This document shows positions 12,736-24,400 of a DNA stretch of 64,000 nt, in pieces (within the stretch, counting starts at the first letter, position 1; every line of letters begins with the position of its first letter). The stretch lies in NCBI GenBank assembly GCA_028023455.1, contig JAQFVV010000001.1, positions 992,001 to 1,056,000 on the forward strand, read 5' to 3'. The notes beneath the pieces are model-generated. The model did no database searches. It saw only the letters and a program-made list of their open reading frames with translations, and had not been told where the DNA came from. Origin of the DNA: Epiperipatus broadwayi (lineage: Eukaryota; Animalia; Onychophora). The position numbers were made by a program, and so were the translations under genes.

Positions 12736-13052
12736 CATGCTTTGTAATATTATTTTATAACCCTGAGCATCCACTCATTGCTTTGAGATATTATTGTATA
12801 ACCCTGAGAATCCACTCATTGCTTTGTATTATTTGATAACCCTGAGAACCCACTTATTTCGTTGTATTATTATTTGATAACCCTGAGCATCCACTCATTG
12901 CTTTGAGATATTATTGTATAACCTTGATAACCCACTCATTGCTTTGTAATATTATTTGATAACCCTGAGAATCCACTCATTGCTTTGTATTATTATTTGA
13001 TAACCTAGAGAATCCACTCATGGCTTTGTAATCTTGTTTTATAACCCTAGTG
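12736..13052. repeat. ~38-41 bp minisatellite, about 7-8 units
   Basis: consensus about ATAACCCTGAGAATCCACTCATTGCTTTGTATTATTATTTG. Confidence 0.9.
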
Positions 13053-13439
13053 TTCCCTCACCTGCGTGTGAGCTAGCTATACACAACTTGCTATGCGTCA
13101 ATATTTATTAAATGTTATATTAAATTTATGAAATATAAATTTGTCTCAGTCTCATTACTTGCTCATTATCTTATGAATCACTAGTTAAGTTGTATAATAG
13201 AATATGTAATAGGGGGGATGTCTCATGTTTTACTGCTTTGCTATTGCTGGAACGCGATCAAAGAGATATCGAGTGTAACCTCAGGCATGTCATTCGCGAT
13301 GGGTTGACTTGGAAGCACAAGTGAGAGGGTTGAGGTATGATCAGACGTAGGGTATTACTATCCCGACTTGGTCAGCTTTTGGTTCTCTGGCTTGGACTCT
13401 CAGTCTTTTGAGCAAATGTACAAACCTGACCGTTACATT

Positions 13440-13900
13440 GGTAATAATTGAAAGTTTGCTAGTCTTTCACATGTGCAATTGTCTCTCAGACAGCCATTCA
13501 GATTTTAAACAGCTATCTTAAGAACGATCAGGCTTCGATACATGACAGAGATTTTGATAAGAAAAGGATGATACAACCTTTTCTCAACTTAACTTTTTTA
13601 TATATAAGCCAGTCTTAAGCATCTTGGCCTGAAAGCTTGAATATATAAACATATACACTTATCATTCATTGTGTTATTAATTTAAGATATTATGGCGCGA
13701 AATCTCAGATTTACTACACCGCAATTTTCTAGATGTTAATATAATTTATCAGCAACGTATGTAAATAATATTTGTCTAAATCTGATGGGCTGTCTGAGAG
13801 ACAATCGCGCATGTGAAAGACTTGCAAACTTTCAATTATTATCAATTTATTAACAACATGCGATTTAGACAAATATTATTTGCATACGTTGCTAATAAAT
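13440..13900. repeat. Double inverted-repeat structure (MITE- or Penelope-pLTR-like)
   Basis: 13440-13512 is the reverse complement of 13771-13843; 13862-13900 is the reverse complement of 13744-13782. Confidence 0.8.
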
Positions 13901-14427
13901 GAATTTAAAATAATATCCAATTGTTTTTTTATCCATATATTTACTTTCCTTTCTCCTTGTTACTTCCAACATATATCTATCCATTTTGTGTTATATGGTG
14001 TTAGCTCTCTGCATCACTCCTTTATTAATTTTTTAAGTTTCGGATCCATAAATAAATATTAATAAGATACATTTTTAAAAAAACTCCTTTTTCAAGCACA
14101 TAGACATATTTCTACCAAAATACACTTCATCTAAGCTTAATTCTGTGATAAATTATATCTTTTATATTTCCACCCATATCAATAATTTGACCGAGGTATT
14201 TATAGTTGTTGATCTTTAATTTCTTAGTTCTTTGCTCCTTTTTTGGAAAGATACTGAACATTATATTAACTTTTTTTTTAACATTTATCTTTAATCCTAC
14301 TTTCTGAATATCATCTAATATCTCAAATTATATTTCTCAAAGCTTAGAAGTATTATTTGCAAAAACAACCATATTGTTTTTCAAAATCTAAATGACTTAT
14401 CTAATCTTCATTTATTTCTATTTATTT

Positions 14428-15984
14428 CATCACCATTATTAGTATTCTATTCTATGGGTCAGGTGTAGAAAACAATAGTTAAACAATCTATCCATTTCTC
14501 CATTTTGTTTTGTTCCCTGTCCAGATCTTCAATTTCACATATCTCTTCCCATTCAGCAAGATCAATTTTATCTCATCCTTTTTTCTTGATTCCATTCATC
14601 GTACCCTCCAAATCAATAAACTATTCTTTTCAATTTCACATATCTCTTCCCATCTATTATATCATCCAGCAAGATCAATTTTCTCCATCTTTTCTTCATG
14701 TTTTTAGTCACCATTCTTTCCAAAACATCCTTCATTAAAATATTTTTTCTTTTTATTGCATGCCCAATCCAATTCCTCTTTTTTTTTTCTGATTTCCTCA
14801 ATCTTCTTTTTTTTTTATTTACTCTTTCCAAAATGTTCATATTTTTCGCTATAACAATGTTTCAAATGCTTCCAGTCTATTCTTAATTCTTTTACTCATT
14901 TCCCATGTTTCATAACTGTACAAAATATACTTGTTACATGGCACTTAATTAATCTTTTATTAATTCTCTCTTCAAAGGTCCACAAAATATTTTCTTTTTC
15001 TTAACAAATGCCTTCTTTGCCAATACTTTTTTTCATTTAATTTCATTTTTTTCATTCTTATTCAACCAACTAACTATCCAAATATCTAAACCTATTCATC
15101 CTATTGAAGTGTATTATCATGAATATCAACTTAGTATTCTTTTTGTATTTCTTTCTATCCATAAATACTTGGTCTTCTCAATTTTCAATCTTCTTTCCAT
15201 ATTCAATTCACCTTCATCCAATTTATTCAACATATTTTGGAAATTCTTTGCATTCTGAAGTATAAGAGCCATACTATTTTTACAAATCTTATACATTTTA
15301 TTATTCTAGCTCTAATATTGATTCCATCACAGTCTAAATATTTATCTAAGACATCTTTTAACTAAACATTAAAAAGCACAGGTGACATGCAGCATCCCTT
15401 AATTAACTCTTCTTTCCATATTTCTTCAGTTCTCCCAATCCAATTTTTATTCTTTGCCCAACATATATATTCCAAATCAATTTTCTTTCTTTCCAAAATA
15501 CTCATTTATTTTTCAAGATCAAATGATTTTCCCAAATTTATAAAACATTTACCAATCCCTTTATTTTTTTTTTTTCACTATATCTGCTATCATTTTAACT
15601 GCACTAATAGCATATCTTGTACTTCACCCTCTCTGAAAATCAAACTGTTCATTGCCCATATAATATTCTAGCTTCCCATAAATTCTCAATAATATTTCTG
15701 AAACATGAGATAACAAACATATTGTCTTGTATTCTTCACGTCTAACAGCTTTTATTTTTTTAGAAATTAGACTCATTATAATCCTCTGGAAATCTTTAGA
15801 CAAAACTCCATCATTATATAGCAAATTGCACAATCCAACAATTTCCTTTAAAATAGATTCTCCCATCTTATTCCAAAATTTTATAGGTACTGTATCAAAA
15901 TGATAGCCTTACTATTTTTTATTTCTTTAAATGTTTTAAGTACTTCTTTAATATGTATATACTCTATTCATCTTTTTCACTTTC
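14428..15984 (-). mobile_element. RTE-clade LINE, 3' part (RT and C-terminus), degraded
   Basis: ORF 15624-15866 (YKTICLLSHVSEILLRI...EQFDFQRG) and ORF 14613-14840 (NWIGHAIKR...LLDDI) are RTE-type; RTE-like 3' end near 14430-14465. Confidence 0.8.
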
Positions 15985-18900
15985 TGATATGTATGTGTAT
16001 GCTTAAATGCACATACATGTATAAGTATAAACTTAATGAGAAAAGTAATAAGTTTAAATAAATTAAAGAATTTTAAAAGACTATGTCTTTTAAAATAGTA
16101 TGTAAAAGATGTATAACTTTAAGATTAGAAAAAGATTGTTTTCTAAAAGTAATAACAGTAATCAATGAGAATAGAATAAATCATTAATGAAATAAAACAA
16201 TTAAAGGATTTAGAGTTTAGATTTCCTTTATAAGATAAACAATAAACTAAAAAATAAGTCATTAATTAAAGTCAGAGAGATAACGATTTAAATTTTTGTA
16301 TGGAGCAGCGAAATGAAGAATCACCTGAGGGGGTGGATGAGAGTTTAAGCCAATCAGCTGCAGAGATTAAAACAATGAATACCTCAGTACAATTTGGATC
16401 AAGAAGACTACCCTTGATTCTTGGACCTTCACCTGTGCACATGGACATAAGTCGGAGCAGAATGTCTTCTTTGGCACAGAGATTTCAAGTGCGGAGAGCT
16501 GGCCTCAAGAACATGGGATCAGCCAGCTAGGACTCTTTTAGGTCATATTGATTACATTATTATTTATGTATACCTACCGGTCTTATTATATAAACAATTG
16601 CATATATGTAAATAGTTAACACACTATTAATTATTATTCATAAATATTTACTGTTTAGTGATGATTTGTACTTGGAGTGCACTCTTAGATCAGCTAGACA
16701 TAGCAATTGGCGCAGTCATACCTTTATTCGAACCCTTAATCAACTAATATTAAACAGTTAAATTTGGGTAAAGGAATGATTAAGCAATGCAAGTAGCAAT
16801 CGCTGAATTTGACATCAGTGAGGCAAGTAGTTGTCCCCTGTACGTTCACCATGTGGAAAAATACTTATTCATTAATAAAGTCAATAAGTATAAGATTGCT
16901 TCATTATTATGCTTTGCTGGGAAAGAAGTTATTGAGATAGCCAATAGGCTCACTGAACCTCTAACTCCTTAATATTGTACATATGATCAGGTTAAAGAGT
17001 GTTTGTCAAATCACTTTAACCCCCAACTCTCTAGGCATGTAAGCCCGGAACCAAGGTTGGGATGAAAATATAAAAGATTGTGATAGTGCTCTTCGTAATC
17101 TAGCAAAGAATTATGCCTATGGATTTTTCCTAGAAGAAGCCCTTCTGGAACAATTTCTGACTGGTATGCATAATGATTGTTTATGGCAACAATTATTGGC
17201 CATTAGAGATTTAAATTATATAGAGGCTATAAAACATGGGCTAGCTTATGAACTCGTGCTTGATCAATCTTGAAAATTTGCCGAATTTAAGAGTGATTAA
17301 CATATCGCAAACAGACGTTTGTAAAACTGTAAAGAAAAAATGGTTGAAGAATAATGATAATAATGCTAACAGCTAAAACCCATTTATTTGTTTTTGCTGT
17401 GGAAAAGAGGCCACAAAGCCGGCAATTGTTTTCATAAATGAAAACACTGTAAAAACTGTAAAAAAAGAGGGCACATGGAAAAAATATGTAAAGAAAAACT
17501 TAACGATCCCAATAAGGAAAGTAATAATTATAAATGTTCATATCAAGGCCAGGCAATTCAGCATACCAATATTTAATGATGACAAAATTATGTTAAAACT
17601 AAAACTGTGGGATCAGCCCATATCTAAGGAGGTTGACAGTGGTAGCAAAGTATTATTGATATTAGTCCACGATTGGTATAGTTACTTCCAAGTGTAGGAC
17701 AAGACCCATTATCCAAAAAGCTGATCTAAAGACGTTAGATATGAATAGTAATGCCATTAGAATAATGCTGTAGTTGAAGTGCCAATATGTGAAAGTCAGG
17801 GCAAAATTAATGTACTACCACTATATGCAGTACATGCCCCTATCATCCCCATATTAGGATGAGACTGGTTCAGCGAAATGGGAGTAAAAAAAAATTAATA
17901 GCCCTGATAGAAAAAATCTTTCCAAGGGGTTAAGGAATTTGGATAAAATAGATAAACTCAGAGAGAAAAAACCTTTCCAGCAGCCAGTAATTAACAAAAT
18001 AAGGTCAGAGAAGGACCATAATGACCAGAAACATAAAGAAACGAAGTACAAAGACATAGTGAAATCAAGAATAAAATTAAACTGTAGCTCATTGGACAGC
18101 CAAAGACAATGGCTACCTATATTATGAAGCAGATTAGAGAAGGCTGGCCGAAACAACATCCCTGTTTCCTTTACAAAAACTATGGAATGCCCGGAAACAA
18201 CTGTCAATACACAAAGGGCTGCATTATGAAAGGCAATTGTATACTGATTCCTGTCAAGGGTAGGCAGCATATAGTAGAATAGCTGATTAATAATCAATTG
18301 GACATCAGCAGAGCAAAAGCTGTATCCCTTAATCATATTGGTGGTCAGATGTTAGCGTAGAAATGTGATTTTCAAACAACTACATTTCCAGAGAATGCAC
18401 CTAGTGAGCTGAAACATAATTCACAACAACAGCATGGTAAAAGGAAGATAAAAAAACCCACAGATCTTAATAACTTGTAGTAAGTTCAGAGATTAAAACT
18501 TCATCTCTGAACTTGGGGGAAGTAATGATATGAATGTGTATGCTTAAATGCACATACATATGTAGGCATAAACTTAATGTAAAAAAATAATGTTTAAATA
18601 AATTAAAAAAATTTTAAAGACTGATTTTTTTAAAAATAATAAGTAAAAGATTTATAATTTAAGATTAGAAAAAGATTATTTTCTAAAAGTAATAACAGTC
18701 TAATTAATGAGAGTTGAATACGTCATTAATGATGTAAAACAATTAAAGGAATTAGAGTTTAGATTTTCTTTATAAGATGAATGATAAACTAAAAAATAAG
18801 TCATTAATTTAAGTCAAAGAGACGATGATTTAAATTCTTGTAAGGAGCAGTGAAATGAAGAATCACCTGAGCGAAATGGATGAGAGAATGAGCCAATCAA

Positions 18901-19260
18901 CTTCAGGGATTGAAACCATGAATACCTCAGTACAATTTGAACCAAGATTACATTTCATTCTTGGAAATTCACCTATGCACATGGACATAAGTTGAAGCAG
19001 AACATCTCCCTTGGCTCAGGAACTTCAAGTGCGGAGAGCTGGCCTCCGAACATGGGAACAGCCAGTTAGGATTCTTACAAGTCTTATTGATCTACATTAT
19101 TATTTACATATGCCTTCGGGCCTTATTATATAAAATAATTGCATATGTGTAAATAGTTAACACACTATTAGTTATTGTTCATTAAATTATTTAAATATTA
19201 ATTGTTTAATGGTGATTTGTACTTTTGGGGAGTGCACTCTTAGATCAGCTAGACATAACA
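15985..19260 (+). mobile_element. Non-autonomous Ty3/Gypsy (Mag-like) LTR retroelement, 3276 bp (element 3), nested in the RTE LINE
   Basis: LTRs 15985-16705 and 18526-19260 (TG...CA); 5-bp TSD CTTTC (15980-84, 19261-65); PBS TGGCGCAGTC at 16708; PPT GGGGGAAGTAA before 18526. Confidence 0.93.
16787..18360 (+). pseudogene. gag-protease-(partial integrase N-terminus) pseudogene of element 3
   Basis: gag ORF 16787-16972; two CCHC-like knuckles near 17390-17490; VDSG at 17632-17643; LG*DWF; then IREGWP...GCIMKGNCILIP like the RH-IN connector; no RT or RH motifs. Confidence 0.82.
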
Positions 19261-20690
19261 CTTTCAAATTTATAATCAATTGCATAATTGTCTTCCCTAA
19301 ACAGATGTTGAAGATATTCTTTCCACCTTTCAATATTCATCCATATCAGTTAATCTCTTCCTATTCTTATCAGCTATTTCACTCATTAAACTTTTTTTTT
19401 CAAGTAACATTTTTAATTCTGTCAAATACTATTCACCTCTATTAATATCACTGTATAGTCTAATTACTGCTGTTGCATTTTGATAAATATTCTTGAGAAT
19501 TTGATAATATCCTGAGTCTTTATTTTGAGATATTCCAAAACTTCAGTCTACACATAAATGCTTACAGAATTGATAATATTCTGAGTTTTTATTTTGAGAT
19601 ATTCCAAAACTTTAATCTACACCAAAATGCTTACAGAATCAAATGCTTTTTTAATTTACAAATTCAAAGAAAATGTCAATTTATGATCACTAGTTTTTTG
19701 ATATATATATATATAATTTCTCTTAATAGTTTATACATCACTTATTGTACTATAACCACTTTTAAATGCAGTTTGTGCTTTTGGCTGATTTGAGCCCAAA
19801 ATTTTTTGTAAATGATCTTAAGTAAAGATTTTGTATAAAACTGATGGAATGTTGATATATCTGCAATTTTTAATATTTCATTTTCATTATTCTTAAACAT
19901 TAATATTATTCTGTATTCTTATTTGATATATAATTTAGCTAACAATTTTTCTATTTTTTTTACTTCTTTTAAAATGTCTATAATAATTCCACCATTTTCT
20001 GGAACTTTTTTATTCTTCACAAGTGTATTATGTGTTTTTATGATTGTAATGATATTTTTTTTCCTCTTGCTTTTTATTAATATAAAGTTGTTTGTAAAAT
20101 TCTTGTATTTGCTTTATTATGTCAACGTTTCCTTTAGTTATAGAGCCATCTTTTTACTTTTCTTCCAATGCCAAAGTGTTGTTTTATACTTTTGAGACTT
20201 TTGTTTTTTTCTATACCTTTCTTTGTCATTTTACAATTATATATTTTTGTTTCATCATTAACTTTTTCTATGTCACTTTATAATATTTCAAATGTTCATT
20301 TTTTCTGAATGGTTATTTTTTAATATTTTTATATTACTTCCTTTCTTCAAATATTGTCTTATCTCAGTTGAAAATTTACTTGTGAATTGTTATTTTTTAT
20401 CATAACCTAGTAAAGTATCAGTTTTTTTTATATTAATCTTATTCTAGTCTGACCATTTTTAAAGTTGTTAATATTTTCAGATGAGTTACAAGTTCAATTT
20501 AAAATTTATTGGAGAGTTTTTTGAACTGTTAATGCAGTCTTTCTTAATTAGCTTTTATCTCTCTAGTTTTGCACTTTCATATATATATAACTTATATCTC
20601 ATCAGTTAATGATCACTTTCTGTGCTAAATCTATTATGAACTTTTATTGTAATTAAAAAAAAAAAAATCCATGCAGAGTCTTAATACAGT
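19261..20690 (-). mobile_element. RTE LINE, 5' continuation on the far side of element 3
   Basis: - strand reads RWKEYLQHLF... and joins across the CTTTC TSD to the RT part ending at 15984; heavily decayed upstream. Confidence 0.6.
19445..19660 (-). mobile_element. Fragment of a second RTE family (RT region) with a 69-bp tandem duplication
   Basis: ILKNIYQNATAVIRLYSDI on - strand; 19501-19569 is repeated at 19570-19638. Confidence 0.6.
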
Positions 20691-20946
20691 TCATATGCAA
20701 TTTGTAACTTTTTGTGATAATAAATAGATTTTAATATTATATGTGTAATATGTAGATTGGAAATAATTATATTATAATCCTAAAAATTGTTTGTTGTCAA
20801 TTTGTAAAATAATTTTTATATAATAGTTTAATGAAATAATACTTTTCTTTATTATTATATAAAAATGTTTTAAAAAGTAATATGTATAGAATATTTATAC
20901 TTTTATATTTCATTATTATTGTTAAATTTTTATTTTCTTTTTAAAG

Positions 20947-21011
20947 GATATGCCTGTAAATTACTTAATTCTAATATGGCTATTCTTGTCATTAATGAAG
21001 AATCGTTAGAT
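20947..21011 (+). CDS. ATP8A: ATP8A-like exon 2
   Basis: AG/GT bounded, phase 1 to 0; (G)YACKLLNSNMAILVINEESLD, collinear with the corresponding ATP8A1 segment as recalled. Confidence 0.92.
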
Positions 21012-21364
21012 GTATGTATAATTTTTATTTATTTTTTAAAATTAATTGAATTCATATTTTATATTCTTATATAATTTCTTTTGCATTTATTTGCATGGTC
21101 ACACACACATTTTGACTTAATTATGTTTTCACCTTATAAATGACTCAAGTAATATTGTGTGTTCTAATTTTCTGTCAAATATAAATTATGCTTTAGATGA
21201 TGCACAATCTATTCTATATATATATAATATCAGATTTATTTTTTAAATAATAAATGTATAGTTGTTTATTTAATGATTGATTTCATATTTATATATGTAC
21301 ATTTAATATCACTAAATGCACTGATAATAATTGTAATAATTATAAAAATAATTGAATGGTTTAT

Positions 21365-21465
21365 TGCTCCATAAGAAGTTTGTGCACCAGAAGTTATAGA
21401 GATGGAACCGTGATTCATGGACCTCAAACTCCAAATTCCACCAATTTACCACTGCATTAAACCAT
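21365..21465 (-). mobile_element. tRNA-derived SINE relic
   Basis: - strand A-box-like TAATGCAGTGG (21449-59) and B-box-like GGTTCCATCTC (21399-409) at tRNA-like spacing; no intact cloverleaf. Confidence 0.45.
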
Positions 21466-24400
21466 ACAAATGATATATATTTGTTTAATTAATTTCTAAT
21501 GTAAATTTAAACTTTACCATATATCATCTCTAAAATCTATTTAATATAAAATAATCAGACGAATATCTATACTACATATATTTCAGTGACAACTTAGTCT
21601 CATTAAATATAATAGAGCTTTAAATATCTGTTTGATAGCAAAATTGCAGTCAAAACTTTATTTGGCTTCATGCAATATATTGTATTAACAATTCATAATA
21701 ATTTTATAGTGTTTAAATCAATCATGTAATATTAAACACATACTATGCATGACAGAGCCTAGCAATTATTGTAAAGTCTAAATTAAATATGTAATATAGT
21801 AAATTCATTAAAAATAATTACAATAAATGAGAAGCATATTTTTTAGCATTTTTTAGTACTAATTTAAACTTTATTATCATTAACTATTATTTGGTCATTA
21901 TTCGAAGAACTAAATAATAAAGCTAGGTTGAAGCTAAAATATGTATACTATGATTTTACATATTAATTATTTAAATTAATGTCCAAACAAGTATAAAGAA
22001 TGATAATCTTTTTCAATCTTTCACTGCTAATGGTTCAGTAAGATTTACAATCTTCAATCATGCATTATAATGATTTAAATGAAATTATGACTGAAACAAA
22101 TATAAAAGTTCATTATAAACTTAAATTATTTTATTAACTTAAATCCACAATCTCACTACCTTTTTTTAATAAGCATAAAAAAAATCTCTTTGATATATTT
22201 TGACTGAACTATATCAAGTGATACAGGCATTTATTAGCATTTCCAAATATTAATATCAGATGTAACTAAAGCTGTGTTATCATATATATCTGTAATATCA
22301 CAAACAAGAATCAAATGAATCTATTTTAAATTAGTCCCTCTTTTTTTAATTTCAAGTAATTGAGAGTAACAGCTGTTTAATGAAATAAAATGTATTACGT
22401 TACTTCATTTATTAGCATCATATCTAAGCTGGCAGCAAGTAAAAGAGTCATGTTTATATTAGAGAACTTTAACATTACTGTCTCCAAGATAATTGTTAGC
22501 TTAGTAGAGAATTCATTTTATATTTTTTACTTAAGTTGAAGTCATTTTTTGCAAATCATATACATTTTATTGCAGTGAATTATAGAATATTTTACTTATT
22601 CAAATATTTGATAGTTCAACAGTGAACTGTTTAATATTTTTCACTAGAGCATTTAATTATTTTAAATTTTATAATAAAAAAAAAAAAAAATTACAATGTT
22701 CTGTAAAGGTAATTGTAAGTTATTTAAAATTTGACAAGTTTGAATATAGATTTTTTATCTTAAGTATATATCATGAGTAAAAAAATTACAACTTGGTAAA
22801 TGGATTTTATCATAATCAAAAATAACATTTGGTAAATATTTCATCTGGCTATCTGTTATCTAATAGTATGTAGCTGATCTCTAACTTTTTTAACAACTCT
22901 AAGAATATTGATATGGACAGTTTCTACTCATTGTTCAGATTTCAATGATACTAGAAGTAACTTTTAAAATTTGATTTTAAGTCATTCACTCTATTTCTGG
23001 TATCAAGTGAAATTATATTCCTGATTGGTGTAATATATCTAACAACTCATAAAATGATAGTTAAGGATACTAAAAGGCAAAATTCCTCTTTCATCATTTC
23101 TGATTAATCTATAATTGCAAATACTCAGCACAAGAAAATCCAGAGACCTAAGAAAAATTCCTTAATCAATAACTTACTCCCATAATATATATTCAAGAAC
23201 AAATTGTGTTAAACCTAAAAAATTTCTATTTATATATTCACAAATATTGTTATTAATGATTAACAATTTGTCTTTGAACAATTTATAAATAAATAATATA
23301 AATATATTATAGAACTAATAATATCACATTTTAAATGTATAATACAACAAGAATCTTTAGTTTACTGACCATAAAGAAGTATTATGTATATTACGAAATA
23401 TGTTGGCAATTTTCTTATTCCCTGTGAAATAAGGCTATTTCAATTTTTAAATAAATTGTATTTTTTATTTGTTAGATTCATTATCATTAAATGATTTTTG
23501 TTGTTAACTACAATAAAATAAAAATAATTAATAATTATTAATCATGGAATCATGCGACATTCAAACACTAGAAGGGATAGGATAGACTGATTTGATCCAG
23601 GAATATTTAGCTCACATCTATTATTCTAACACTATATTAAAACATACACATATCAGATGATATCATTTATTGAGAATGTGGAAAATATTAAAATTTATTA
23701 CTAAAGATTACAGAGTTAAGAAGCAAATGAAAATTTTACTCTATTACACAATGGCACTTTTTTATGGAAAATTTGTAAAAAGTGTTGTAAAAAATTTTGT
23801 GAAACATCATAAGATTTAATTACTTTCAAAAATAAAAATGAGTTTATTTTAAATAATCAGAAATAGCAGTTATATTATGCTCGAGCATGAAAAGCTTAAA
23901 ATCAGACTAATCTGAAAAAACTAATACATCAGAATTTTTTTTTTTAGAGAAATAAAATACACCAAGAAGAAAATTTATAGTTTTAACACACTATTACAAA
24001 TGACAGGTTTATATTCCAATAACAGAAAGTATACTCCTTATTTGTGGAATGTCTGCGTATATAAAACATATATGCAAATTATTAATTTTTGTAAATGCGC
24101 ATAAATTTCTTCACTTTAATATCATTCTCTTTTTTTTTTGGAGAAAATTTACTCTAGAAATCTATTTGAGAGATCGTCCCAAATTGCAGATTAAATTAGA
24201 GTTGAATTTGTATACAAATAGAGCTAGTTGCATATCATTTAGATCATATATAAGATACCCTTGTTGTAATTGAAGGAGGAAGCAGCTAAAATTGTTAGAC
24301 TGGATTAAAGTTAGTATTGATCTGAAGTGATGATAGATCAGCAATAATGAATGATCAATAATAGATTAGTAGACCATCTAACAGTTATTAAGTTTAAAAT

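Noticed and set aside
12736-13052. Regular ~40-bp repeats as a CRISPR array
   Set aside because: Units are contiguous with no unique spacers, there are no cas genes, and the context is a eukaryotic intron.
13211-13436. PPT-like AGGGGGGA followed by TG as the start of a 3' LTR pairing with 10364
   Set aside because: Downstream sequence does not align with the 10364 region beyond a few bases.
14528-14690. Internal ~50-bp duplication 100 bp apart within the RTE LINE 3' end
   Set aside because: Ordinary template-switch or slippage product in a dead LINE.
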